Assembly (NCBI RefSeq): GCF_963921235.1
Contig: NC_086120.1
Location: forward strand, 8,556,001 to 8,620,000
DNA from: Mobula hypostoma
Lineage: Eukaryota
DNA: 64,000 bases
Direction of reading: 5' to 3'
The notes beneath the pieces are model-generated. The model did not search any database. It saw nothing but the letters and a program-made list of their open reading frames with translations, and was not told where the DNA came from. Positions 22,251 to 34,195 of the stretch are shown in pieces (position 1 is the stretch's first letter; each line of letters begins with the position of its first letter). The translations under genes were made by a program, and so were the position numbers.

Positions 22251-23359
22251 CCCATCCTCTTCATGGGAATGGGCCTCTCCACTGCTAAAGGTGTAGGAAT
22301 TTATGCTCAAGATAATGTTCTCATGCCAAAACATATCTTAGCCCAGTGTGATGGGGTTGTCAGGTCCTGTGTTCAGTGTTCAGCTGTTGCAACAACATTA
22401 TTGTGATGCTGGAGGGGGATTATGGCAATTTTCCAAAAGTTTTTTTTTCATTTTCAGTTTATTTAAATACAGGCACAGTGTTGAAAAAAAAGTGCCCATA
22501 ATTCAGCTACCGGTATGAAATGATCGAATCACGATAGAAACAGGCAACTTAGACATTACATAAGAACTGACAATATGGGACGCGGGAAAGGGACAGTTGC
22601 TGAGAGGGCACCTCACTTCCGGGTCCCGGATTCTCCCGAGGAATGCAATTTCAGAATGATGGGTGCCCCAATAATGTAGGAGCTGGGAAAAATTTCTCTT
22701 CTTCATGGGTCCAGAACCTGTGGCATTCTCCACCTCAGACAGTTATGGAGGAGTAGACATCGACTATACTTCAGTCTGAACTGGACAGATGCCGCACTGT
22801 AATGGAGTTGAGGCTGTGCTGGGAACATTGGGATTGGCAGAGTTGAGGCCAAGAACAAATCAGCCTGAATGTGTTGAGGGGTTGAGCAAGAGCCAAGAGA
22901 AATGTGGTGTTAGGATCTGACTGGCATTGAGAAAATACATATGTGTTCATCAGTGAAATTTAAATGTCCATTGACATTAGCAAACAAATGTGGTCACTAA
23001 AGCTGTTCTCACACAGATTGAGTCCTCATGACCTGAGTCTGATCATCATTCTCTCTGAGCAAAAGAACACTGGTGAATGGGACAGGACCAGTCCACATGG
23101 CCATCCCTTGCTGCCTTATCATTTAGTCAGGTTATAGTAACATGATCTTGGCCTGAACAACACTTTCTTGCTATAATCCCGTTACTGGAGGACATTCTGA
23201 GGGATAAGTTATGCACGCATCTTGAAAGACATGAGAAGGAGAAAATCTGCAGATGCTGGAAATCCAAACAACACACACAAAGTATGAAAGGAACTCAGCA
23301 GGCCTGGCAGCATCAAAACAAAAGAGCACAGTCAACGTTCAGGCTGTGACACTCCAGAC

Positions 23360-24130
23360 ATGGGTTGATTAGAGGCATTGGCTTTGCCTTGTGTATGGGA
23401 GATGATGTCTTATGAACTTGATTAAGATTTTTGATGATGCAATATATGAAAGCCATTGAGGGCAGGGCCATAGACGTGATTTATATGAACTTCTGAAAGT
23501 CTTTAATGTTCACTTATTACGCTGCTCTGAAAGGATGGATCACATGGAATCCAGTAAGAGCTGGCTAACTGGAGACATAATTGGCTTGATATTAAAAAGT
23601 AGAGGGACAAAAAACAAAGCAGAGAATTGTTTCTCAGTCTGGGTACCCATTACTGGTGGTGTACCTTAGGCAATGGTGCTGGGCCCATTGATATTTGGCA
23701 TCTCTATCAACAATCCGAAAAAGAGCATATGAGACATGATTAATAAGTTTGCAGAAGTTTGTAGTACATGTTCTGCACAGCATTTTGGGCTGAAGCGTGT
23801 GTATTGTGCTGTAGGTTTTCTATGTTTCTATGTTTCTATGACAGTAAAGTGAAATATGTGGTATTGTAGACAGATAATGTAGAAGGTCATTATAAATTAC
23901 AGGGAGATGGTGAATGTCAAATAGAGTTTAATTTGGATAAGTGCAAGGCATTGCATTTTGTAAGATCAAATCTAGGTCGGACTTTAACATGAATGACATG
24001 GCTCTGGGGAGTGTTGTTGAACAGATGTACCTTAGAGCACAAGAACAAGATTAACTGAAAGTGTAGTCACAGGTAGACAGGGTGGGAATTAAAGCTTTTG
24101 ACATAATGGACTACATACTCAGGGCATTAT
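23360..24130 (+). mobile_element. Degraded CR1 RT fragments
   Basis: Decayed RT with a 'GGVP*AMVLGP' (GVPQG) region near 23650 and an internal (CTATGTTT)n tail near 23820. Confidence 0.6.
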
Positions 24131-24466
24131 CTTACATCCTAGCTCACCAGGTCCTGTCCACTACCTACAAGGCTCAAGGCAGTAGTGTGATGGAATGCTC
24201 TCCAGTTGTCTGGATGAGAACAGCTTCAACAACATTCAAGAAGCTCAAAACCATTTGTACTCACATGGGCCTCGCTATGCCTCTGTTTTGTTGGGTATGT
24301 GGGAGAGTTTTTATTCGAAAACCTACTCGGGCATCCATCCCCATCTTTTTCCATTACATTGTCAAATGCATCGGTGCAGTATCCTGATTTTGTGGAAAAA
24401 CTTGTCAATTTCACCATTGTTATCATATACTTCTACACTGCCTTTAACAATGATCATATCTGTTAT

Positions 24467-25540
24467 CATAGAAGCATAGAAACATAGAAAATAGGTGCAG
24501 AGTAGGCTATTCAGCCCTTCGAGCCTGCACCACTGTTTATTATGATCGTGGCTGATCATCCAACTCAGAACCCTGCCCCAGCCTTCCCTCCATATCCCCT
24601 GATCCCCATAGCCACAAGGGCCACATCTAACTCCCTCTTAAATATAGCCAATGAACTGGCCTCAACTGTTTCCTGTGGCAGAGAATTCCACAGATTCACC
24701 ACTCTCTGTTTGAAGAAGTTTTTCCTCATCTCGGTCCTAAAAGGCTTCCCCTTTATCCTCAAACTGTGACCCCTCATTCTGGACTTCCCCAACATCGGGA
24801 ACAATCTTCCTGCATCTAGCCTGTCCAATCCCTTTAGGATTTTATACGTTTTAATCAGATCCCCCCTCAATCTTCTAAATTCCAACGAGTACAAGCCCAG
24901 TTCATCCAGTCTTTCTTCATATGAAAGTCCTGCCATCCCAGGAATCAATTTGGTGAACCTTGTTTGTACTCCCTCTATGGCAACGATGTCTTTCCTCAGA
25001 TTAGGGGACCAAAACTGCACACAATACTCCAGGTGTGGTCTCACCAAGGCCTTGTACAACTGCAGTAGTACCTCCCTGCTCCTGTATTCGAATCCTCTCG
25101 CTATAAATGCCAGCATACCATTCGCCTTTTTCACCGCCTGCTGTACCTGCATGCCCACTTTCAATGACTGGTGTATAATGACACCCAGGTCTCGTTGCAC
25201 CTCCCCTTTTCCTAATCGGCCACCATTCAGATAATAATCTCTTTTCCTATTTTTGCCACCAAAGTGGATAACTTCACATTTATCCACATTAAATTGCATC
25301 TGCCATGAATTTGCCCACTCACCCAACCTATCCAAGTCACTCTGCATCCTCTTAGCATCCTCCTCACAGCTAACACTGCCACCCAGCTTCGTGTCATCCG
25401 CAAACTTGGAGATGCTGCATCTAATTCCCTCATCCAAGTCATTAATATATATTGTAAACAACTGGGGTCCCAGCACTGAGCCTTGCGGTACCCCACTAGT
25501 CACCGCCTGCCATTCTGAAAAGGTCCCGTTTATTCCCACA
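24467..25540 (-). mobile_element. Young 5'-truncated CR1 LINE
   Basis: Uninterrupted 324-aa frame (24565-25539) with GVPQGSVLGP and FADD RT motifs. The 3' UTR and (CTATGTTT)-type tail match the 50.6-52.9 kb copy. Confidence 0.95.
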
Positions 25541-26829
25541 TACTATCATGTGATACTATTTCTGTTGAACCACAGTGAATGCTCATAGAATCTAACTTGG
25601 AAGACAGATACAGATGTCAGAAACAAAGTAGTTGATGAGGACAGACACAGCCCTACAATTTGCTTGGACATATGTTTTCCCCACAGAGGTCACTGCAAAA
25701 TAATTCTGTGACAAGGAACTAATTCCGGATGCTGCAGTCTCCTATTTACATTTTTCATGGGAATTGATTATTTCAAACGACACCAATAGCGAATGTTCTT
25801 TATATTTTGTTTTTGTTTGTTTATTTGGAGTCTTGGCAGTCATGTGTTGTTGCTCAGCTGGTGATGCTGAATTATCTGTATTAGGAATATTCATTGAAAT
25901 ATGAGGGTCACTTGAACGATCAGATATTTGTAGAACTTGTTAGGTGGTGGAAATGCTAGGCCTGGATCTGTAAACGCTTCTTCTTGAAAGGCAGCACGAC
26001 AACAGCAATAACAAAGGATCCAAACCGAATATTCTTTCCGTCAATGTTTTTTTTCTGGACCTCGACCTTCTATACTGCTTGAATATATCTGCCTATGAGA
26101 ATTCCTTTATGATTCCTTTCTTTATGTAGCTTTCCAATAGGTATCTTATCTACTCTGAACAGTCATGGTGCACCTGTTAATTAAACCATGCAGGAGATGA
26201 AGCTTTCAACAAGCTGCTGGGAGAGATGGTCGGTCTCTGCGTATGTTCCGAGAAAGCAAATGACCATTGAAGCTTCATCATTAATAACTGTAAATCACTC
26301 TCATTGAGTAGCATAACAGAATGTCTGGTCAGAAGCCATGATAAGGACATGAATGACACTGTTCATGTTGCAGGCGTTGGCAATTTCCACCAATCCTCTC
26401 TTTCCTGTATCCAGTCTTGCACCAAGTATTGAGTACAAAGGTTCAAATGCATTTTTGTGACATTCACACATTCTGATTGAGCAGCTGCTTTTGTTTTCCC
26501 TCCGGTAGAATTGGAGAATCCTTTATTGCTTCTACAACTAGTTCATATAGGTCAGGGAAGCCTGAAAAAAAAAGATCACACAGTAATGACAATGAGATGT
26601 TTATCATTGACAGCTTATAGAAAAGTCTGATTCTTCTTCAGAGTGAATCATTATTAATTTGCAAATGCCAGGTAGAAACACATGGAATGCTTCCAAGGAA
26701 TGTTGGAAACTCATACATGATTATGCACTGTTTACTGTTGACAGGGTCATTTGCAGCTTCTAAAATACTTCTAACAATTAATCTCAGAGATCCCTGCCAT
26801 AACCATTACTTTGTCACTCCACAACTCCC

Positions 26830-27171
26830 AGAATATTGCTCCATTGTTTGTCTATCAGTAACAGACGAGGCATACAGCCTTCCCATGGTGGACACATACC
26901 CGTTTTAAATTGACGGCACAATGATAGTCCCTATGCGGAGAAGGCAAAGTGGCTTTCTTCTTGATGGACACACCCAACAAATCCAAATACTCTGAAGGCA
27001 CTCGAGACAACTCCATTCAGTACACATCCAGCCTTGAGGGGTCAGGATGCAACTCAATTGATGACTTGACTCTGAAACTTAGGCAGGCCTCTCAGAACCA
27101 TTAGCATAGGGTCACCCAAACTGGAATGGTACCGGAGAACCAATTAACCTAAAATTATGAAGTTGTAACTA
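26830..27171 (-). mobile_element. Tf1/sushi-lineage gypsy remnant, start of RT
   Basis: Minus strand: PSEYLDLLGVSIKKKATLPSP-HRDYHCAVNL...GRLYASSVTDRQTMEQY, resembling the PxEYxDLxxVFSKxxAxxLPPHRxYDCAIDL...GRLYxLSxxExxAMxxY linker of this lineage. Confidence 0.65.
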
Positions 27172-30100
27172 CAAATATATTTCCAATAAAAAGTATTCAT
27201 CCCCCTTGGAACTTTTCATGTATTATTGTTTTACAACATTGAATCACAGTAGATTTAATTCAGTGGCTTTTTTGACTGTGATTAAAAGAAAAGGACTCTT
27301 TCATTTCAAAGTGAAAATATATCTCTACAAAGTGATCTAAATTAATTAAAAAATATAAAACTCAAAATACTGATTGCATACATAACACCCCTTTAAAATG
27401 ACACACCAAAACATCACTGGTACCACCAGTTGATTTTAGAAGTCACATAATTATTTAAATGGATATCTCCCATGGATAACCAAGGTGTTTCAATGATTGT
27501 AGTAAAAGTCCACCTGCATCTGGAAGGTCCAAATGCTGGTGAGACAGTATCCTGGCAAAAAGTACATCATGAAGACAAAAGAACACTCCAAGCAACTCTG
27601 TAAAAAGGTTATTGAAAAGTAGAGTCAGGAAATGGATGCAAGAAAATGTCCAAGTCACTGACTATCTCTCGGAGTACAGTTAAGTCAATCATCAAGATAT
27701 GGCACAGGAGTAAGTCTGCCTGGAGCAGACCATCCTCAAAAACTGAGTGACCGTGTAAGAAGGGGACTAGTGAGGGAGACCAGCAAGGGACCTAGGACAA
27801 ATCAAGAGGAGATACAGGCTTCAATAGCTGAGAATAGTGGGACTGCACATATAACAACTGTTGCCTGGGTGCTTCAGCAATTGCAGCTTTTTGGAGAGAG
27901 TCAAAGAGAAAGCCACTGTTGAAAAAAAAACCTCACATGAAATCTCTGCTAGAGATTGTGAGAAGGCATGTAAAAAGACTCTGAAGTCAGCTCAAAAATG
28001 GTTTTGTAGTTTGATGAAACCAATTTTTAGCATTTTGGCTATTGCGCTAAACATTATGTTTCATGTAAGCCAAGCACCGCACATCAGCAAAACCACTTCA
28101 TAACTATCTTGAAGCATGGTGCTGGCTACATCATGCTCTGGGGAACTTCACTGCAGCAGACCCTGAAAGACTTGTGAAGGCAGAGGGTAAAATGAGTGCA
28201 GCAAAACACAGGGAAATCCTGGAGGAAAACCTAATGCAGTCTGCAAGAAAACAGTGAGTCGGAAGAACATTTGTTTTCCAGCAAGACAATGACCCCAAGG
28301 TGTTTCAATTGATTGTAGTAAGAATACACCCATATCTGGAAGGACCAACTGCTGGTGAGTCAGTATCCTGGCAAAAACTGCACCATGAAGACAAAAGAAC
28401 AGTTCAAGCAACTCTGCAAAAAGGTTATTGAAAATTATTATCAGGAAGTGGATACAAGAAAATGTCTGAGTCTCTGAATATCTCAGTTAAGTACAGTTAA
28501 GTCAATCATCAAGAAATGGAAAGAATATGGCACAGCTGTAAATCTGCCTGGAGCAGGCCATCCTCAAAAACTGAGTGACCATGCAAGAAGGGAACTGGTG
28601 AGGGAGACCACCAAAGGACTTACGACAAATCTGGAGGAGCTAAAAGCTTCTGTGGCTGTGATGGGAGAGACTGCACCGACAGTAAATGTTGCCCGGTTGT
28701 TTTGGCCGTTGCAGCTTTATGGAAGAGTAGCAGATGGAAGCTACTAGAGTTTGCCAGAAGGCATGTAGAAGACTTTGAAGTCAGCTTCAAGAAATTTAAT
28801 GGTCTAATTAAACCAATATTGGATATTTTGGCCATCAGGCTGAACAATATTTTGGAATAAGTCGAACACCGCACATCAGCAAAAATACACCGTCCCTCCC
28901 TTGAAGCATGGTGAGGCTGCATCATGCTCTGGGGATGGTTCACTAGAGCAGGCCCTGGAAGGCTTGTGAAGGTAGAGGGTAAAATGAATGCAGGAAAATA
29001 CAGAAAAATCCTACAGGAAAACTAATCCAGTCTACAAGAGTACTGTGACTTGGGAGATTAGTTTTCCAGCAAGAAAATGACCACAAACATAAAGCCAAAG
29101 CAACACAAGAAAGGCTTAAAAACAACAAAGTTCATGCCCTGGAGTGGCCAAGGCAGTGTCCAGACCTCAATCAAATTGAGAATTTGTGGCTCGTCTTGAA
29201 AAGGGCTGTTCACTCACGATCCCTATGCAATCTGACAGAGCTTGAGCAGTTCTGTAAAGAAGAAGGTGGAAAACTTCAGGGTCCACATATATAAAGCTGA
29301 TAGAGAAATATTCACACAGACTCAAGGCTGTAATTGTTTCGAAAGATGGTTCTGCTAAATACTGACTCTTAGTGGGTGACTACTTATGCAATCAGTAATT
29401 TAAGCAACACACACAAGGGAATATAAAAACAGAGTCCCAAACAGTCTTTCCAGGTGTGGCGAGACATCTCACCTGAGTATGTTAGGGTCATATACCGCGT
29501 CTCCCGTTTCTGGTCTGGCATCTTGTATATTGATAAGACCTGACGTAGATTGGGAGACTGTGTTGCCAAGCATCTAAGTTCCATTCGCCAGAAGAAGCAG
29601 GATCTCCCTCTTTCCAACAATTTTAACTCCACTTTCCTTTCCTATTTCGATACTTCAATCTATGGCCCCATCTACTGTTGCAATGAGGCTGCAATCAGGT
29701 TGGAAGAACAACACCTCGTATTCCCTCTGGGTAGCTTCCAACCTGATGGCATGTATATCAATTTCTCAAACTACTGGTAATGACTGCCCCCCTTCACCAA
29801 TACCCGACCTCTTTTCCCTCTCTTACCTTATTTCCTGCCTGCTCTTCACTTCCCTCTGGTGCTCCTCCACACCCCCCCACTTTCCTTCTTCCAGTGCCTT
29901 CTGTCCTCTCTTATCAGATTCCACCGTCTCCAGACCTGTATCTCTTTCACCAGTGATTTTGTCCCTCCCCCTCACAGTTTCACCTATCATCTTATTTTTT
30001 ATCTATTCACTTACACCCCCGCCCCAATCCACCTCTTGAATCTGCTCCTCATCTTCTTTTTCTGCAGTCCTGCCGAAGTGTCTCAGCCGAAAACATCGAC

Positions 30101-30394
30101 TCTACTTTTTTCCATAAAAGCTGCCTGGCCTGCTTTGTTCCTCCAGCATTTTGTATGTTTTGTTGTGATTTCTAGTACCTGCAAGATTTCTCTTGTTGCA
30201 TTCAATTATTTTGTTTTATATTTGCAATTAAGTTACATCACTTTGTAGAGATCTGTTTTCACTTTGACAGGAAATAGCCTTTTTTTCTGTTGATCAGTGT
30301 TTTAAAAAAGCCAAATTCCGTTCACTGACTCAATGTTGTAAAACACCAAAACGTGAAAAATTCCAGTGGGATTGAATACATTTCATAGGCGCTG
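27172..30394 (+). mobile_element. Tc1/mariner DNA transposon, defective, with internally duplicated transposase region and a Penelope insert
   Basis: About 170-bp terminal inverted repeats (AAAAAGTATTCATCCCCCTTGGAAC... versus the reverse complement of 30240-30394), with TA at 27170-27171 and 30395-30396. The start ATGAAGACAAAAGAACA (MKTKE...) occurs twice, near 27568 and 28386; QQDNDP-type DDE segments are present. Confidence 0.85.
29400..30190 (+). mobile_element. Penelope-like element 3' fragment (GIY-YIG endonuclease plus pseudo-LTR)
   Basis: LYIDKT.RRLGDCVAKHLSSIRQKKQDLPLSNNFNST...RLEEQHLVFPLGSFQPDGMYINFSN, followed by the 'ctg.cgaag.gtctc.gcc.aaac.tcgac...gctgcctggcctgct' terminal repeat. 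Confidence 0.8.
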
Positions 30395-31104
30395 TAACCA
30401 AGGATTCGGGGAATGCACTAACAATAAAATAAATGGAAATGAATCGATCCCGGTGACTTTCAATAGTCAACCTGAGAGAGACTGCCAGATAATAGATTTG
30501 TCTAGCTTCCAACGATCTCTTACCCAGGGCCATAGCAGAGGTGGGTTGGTAGAGGTATACCTTAGGAATCTGGATTTTCTTTGCTAGTCTGGTGTCCAAT
30601 AAAATTACCGCAAAACGAGAGTCTGCCAAGGCTCTCGCAGAATATTGATGTCTCCCCGAGGATAACAGTGATGGGAGGGCGACTCTGATACATGACAAAA
30701 TGGGAGAAAAGTTTGAGAGTGTTCCAGTTCTGCCCTCACTGGACGGCAGGTGTTTCACTCAAAAGCCGGCATTACCGCAGTATCAGCAACACCGCTGCCT
30801 CCTACGTCCATCTCGCTCCGCTGGGAGACCCAGGTTCTTCCAAGTTGCATGGGCTCTTCCTGGGATGTCTGCGGGGATCTGCATCGGTTATCAGATTGAG
30901 GAACCAGAGCAGTCATTGGACAGTTCTAAGAATCGGCCTTCTGGGTGACATCGGCTCCGCTCTCCAGCCTTGTTTCAGAAATATAGTTGAAGAGTCTTAC
31001 GCTGATGTCCATTAATTCTTGCAGATCCTCAACTAAACCCTGGTTGCAAGTATGTCTTTTAGCTGGTAATGTTATCTCTGTCTAAAAGGAGCAACCAAAA
31101 CCTA
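30395..31104 (-). mobile_element. Tf1/sushi-lineage gypsy remnant, gag C-terminus plus protease
   Basis: Minus strand: LVAPFRQ...QLKDILATR, QEEPMQLGRT, ERDGRRRQRCC*YCGNAG (zinc-knuckle-like), and ARALADSRFAVILLDTRLAKKIQIP (decayed DSG aspartic protease). Confidence 0.8.
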
Positions 31105-32819
31105 CAGTCGCATGCGGGAATTTGGGCACCGCTGGTAAAAATTTCTTTTACAGTGAATAGTTTAGTGAGTAGAAGATGACCTGATCTCCAAAAGTCATAA
31201 AGTGAAATACAAAGCATTCCATTCAATATTTTAAGCAAGATTAGTGTATTATTTTTCTTTTGTACAATTTTAGAGTGTAAAATGGAAAGGAGCACCATGA
31301 AAAAGTTTGGCACCCCAATAGATTTGAGCTCTCAGATAACTTTTACCAAGGTCTCGGACCTTAATTAGTTTGTTAGAGCTATGGCATGTTTCCAGTCATC
31401 ATTAGGAAAGACCAGGTGATGAAAATTTCAAAGCTTTAAAATACCCTGACTCCTCAAACCTTGTCCCAATAATCAGCAGCCATGAGCTCCTCTAAGCAGC
31501 TGCCTAGCACTCTGAAAATTAAAATAATTGATGCCCACAGATCAGGAGAATGCTATAAGATAGCAAAGCGTTTTAATTTATCCGTTTCCTCAGTTCGTAA
31601 TGTAATTAAGAACTGAAAGTTAACAGGAATGGTGAAAGTCACGTTGAGGTCTGGAAGACCAAGAAAACTTTCCAAGAGAACTGCTGTTAGTTCTGACCAA
31701 GAGTCTCGGCCTGAAACGTCGACTGTACCTCTTCCTAGAGGTGCTGCCTGGCCTGCTGTGTTCACCAGCAACTTTAATGTGTGTTGCAAGAGAACTGCTC
31801 GTAGTATTGCTAGAAAGGCAAATCAGAACCCCAGTTTGACTGCAGAAGATCTTCAGGAAGATTTAGCAGACGCTGGAGTTGTGGTGCAGTGACACCTGCA
31901 CAAATATGACCTTCATGGAAGAGTCATCAGAAGAAAACCTTTCCTGCATCCTCACCACAAAATTCAGCATCAGAAGTTTGCAAAGGAACATCTAAACAAG
32001 CCTGATGCAATTTGGAAACAAGTCCTGTGGACTGATGACGTTAAAATAGAACTTACTGGCCGCAATGCGCAAAGGTAAGTTTGGAGAAAAAATGGTGCAA
32101 AATTTCATGAAAAAAACACCTCTCTAACTGTTAAGCATGGGGGTGGATTGATAGTGCTTTGGGCTTCTATTGCAGCCAGTGGTACAGGGAATATTTCACT
32201 GGTAGAGGGAAGAATGAATTTAATTAAATACCAGCAAATTCTGGAAGCAAATATCAAACTCTCTGTAAAAAAGCTGAAGATGATAAGAGGATGATTTCTA
32301 TAACAGGATAATGATCCTAAATACACACCAAAATCCACAATGAAAGACCTCAAGAGGCACAAGCTGAAGGTTGTGCCATGGCCTTCACAGTCCCCGAATC
32401 TAAACATCATCGATAATCTGTGGATAGACCTCAAAAGAGCAGTGCATGGAAGATGACCCAAGAATCTTACAGAACTAGAAGCCTCCTGCAAGGAAGAATG
32501 GGCTAGGATCCCCTAAACAAGAACTGAAAGACTCCTAGCTGGCTACAGAAAGTGTTTACAAGCTGCGATACTTGCTAAAGGGGATGCTACTAAGTACTGT
32601 CCATGCAGGGTGCCCAAACCTTTGCTTCGGGCCCTTTTCATTTTTTGTTATTTGGAAACTGTAAAAGATGGAAATAAAAAAGTAATCTTGCTTAAAATAT
32701 TCAAGAAATGTGTCATCTTTAACTTTATTCTTTCGGGAAATCAAGTCATCTTTTACTCACTTCGCTACTCACTGTAACCGATATTTTGACCGGGGTGACA
32801 AAACATTTGCATGCCACTG
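31105..32819 (+). mobile_element. Tc1/mariner DNA transposon, near full length, inactivated
   Basis: TA|CAGTCGCATGC...TTTGGGCACC at the left end and GGTGACAAAACATTTGCATGCCACTG|TA at the right end. Transposase starts near 31481 (MSSSKQLPSTLKIKIIDAH...) and includes VLWTDDVKIEL, QDNDPKYT and WPSQSPNLNIIDNLW, with several stops. Confidence 0.9.
31686..31786 (+). mobile_element. 101-bp Penelope terminal-repeat fragment inserted in the Tc1 transposase
   Basis: Flanked by the 13-bp direct repeat CAAGAGAACTGCT (31673-31685 and 31787-31799). The insert matches the Penelope pseudo-LTR at about 30070-30160. Confidence 0.85.
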
Positions 32820-33283
32820 TACTCTCTGCGCTTAGGATATATAATCAATGGAATAGTCAGCCATTCCCAGATGCAACTGGATGACTCTGAGCCACTGGCA
32901 GGATGAAACAATACACTCCCCATCATTTTTAAAAAGCAGACATTATTTCAGAATACACTGGAGCGTCCTCCTCCCATAAAGCCATTGCCCATGAAAGGGC
33001 CTTGCCTGAGAGGAGGGAAATTATATAGGCCACCTTACTCCTGCTCAAGGAGAACATCCTGGGTTTTAATTTAAAAACTTGTGATCATTCACTGCAGAAT
33101 CTGCAGCAAGACGCTAGGACCCCATTGCAGTGCTCCAGGGCTGGCAGATTAATTGACTCTACATGGTAGTTCTGGGAACATGTAACAGGAAACATTGGCG
33201 ATTGCTTGACATCACAGTCCGACTGCGATTATGCAAGTATTACCTGGAGAAGTTCCTCATGTCATCCAACTGCCTATCCCTGG
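32820..33283 (-). mobile_element. Tf1/sushi-lineage gypsy remnant, gag N-terminal/capsid region
   Basis: Minus strand: HEELLQVILA...VFKLKPRMFSLSRSKVAYIISLLSGKALSWAMALWEEDAPV, a PEG10/RTL1/sushi-like gag motif. It runs into the N gap. Confidence 0.85.
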
Positions 33284-33453
33284 NNNNNNNNNNNNNNNNN
33301 NNNNNNNNNNNNNNNNNNNNNNNNNNNNNNNNNNNNNNNNNNNNNNNNNNNNNNNNNNNNNNNNNNNNNNNNNNNNNNNNNNNNNNNNNNNNNNNNNNNN
33401 NNNNNNNNNNNNNNNNNNNNNNNNNNNNNNNNNNNNNNNNNNNNNNNNNNNNN
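33284..33453. other. Assembly gap (170 N)
   Basis: Run of N. Confidence 1.
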
Positions 33454-34013
33454 CTAGTTTATTTATTTTTATTTGTTTACTGACAGTACGGAATTGGCCC
33501 TCTGAGCCCTTAGCGTTATGCTGTCCGGCAAACTAATTTAAACTTAACCTGGTTTAACCATTTGAGAAAAAAAACATCTGCAGCCCCAGCAGGAAATGAG
33601 CTGTTATTTTAAGGCGAGGGGCTGGCCAGAACTGAGACAAGACGTTACCATCTGATTTTCTACAACTTTACCCAAATATCACAGTTTCTGTTCTGCCCGT
33701 TCTATTTTAAGAATCTATCGGGCACTGACAGTTTAAAGGGACATCATCTTTGTTACTCTCCTTGAATTGTGACAGTCAGAAAGGGAATTGTTTCAGACAT
33801 TCTGCCATGTTGGTTGTCTGAGTAACTTTCTGGTGGATGCTGTGGAGTATGTCTGAATGTATGAGGTTTACATCATCAACATCTTCCATCATTCCTTTAG
33901 AACCTGAAACTTAAACGTCTCTTAGAAATGTGGATAATTCCATTTTAAGCTGCTCCCCTGTTTCACCATTCAGAATATGAATGATATGAGATCAAAGTTT
34001 TCCAGAACGAGAG

Positions 34014-34195
34014 NNNNNNNNNNNNNNNNNNNNNNNNNNNNNNNNNNNNNNNNNNNNNNNNNNNNNNNNNNNNNNNNNNNNNNNNNNNNNNNNNNNNNNN
34101 NNNNNNNNNNNNNNNNNNNNNNNNNNNNNNNNNNNNNNNNNNNNNNNNNNNNNNNNNNNNNNNNNNNNNNNNNNNNNNNNNNNNNNNNNNNNNNN
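34014..34195. other. Assembly gap (182 N)
   Basis: Run of N. Confidence 1.
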
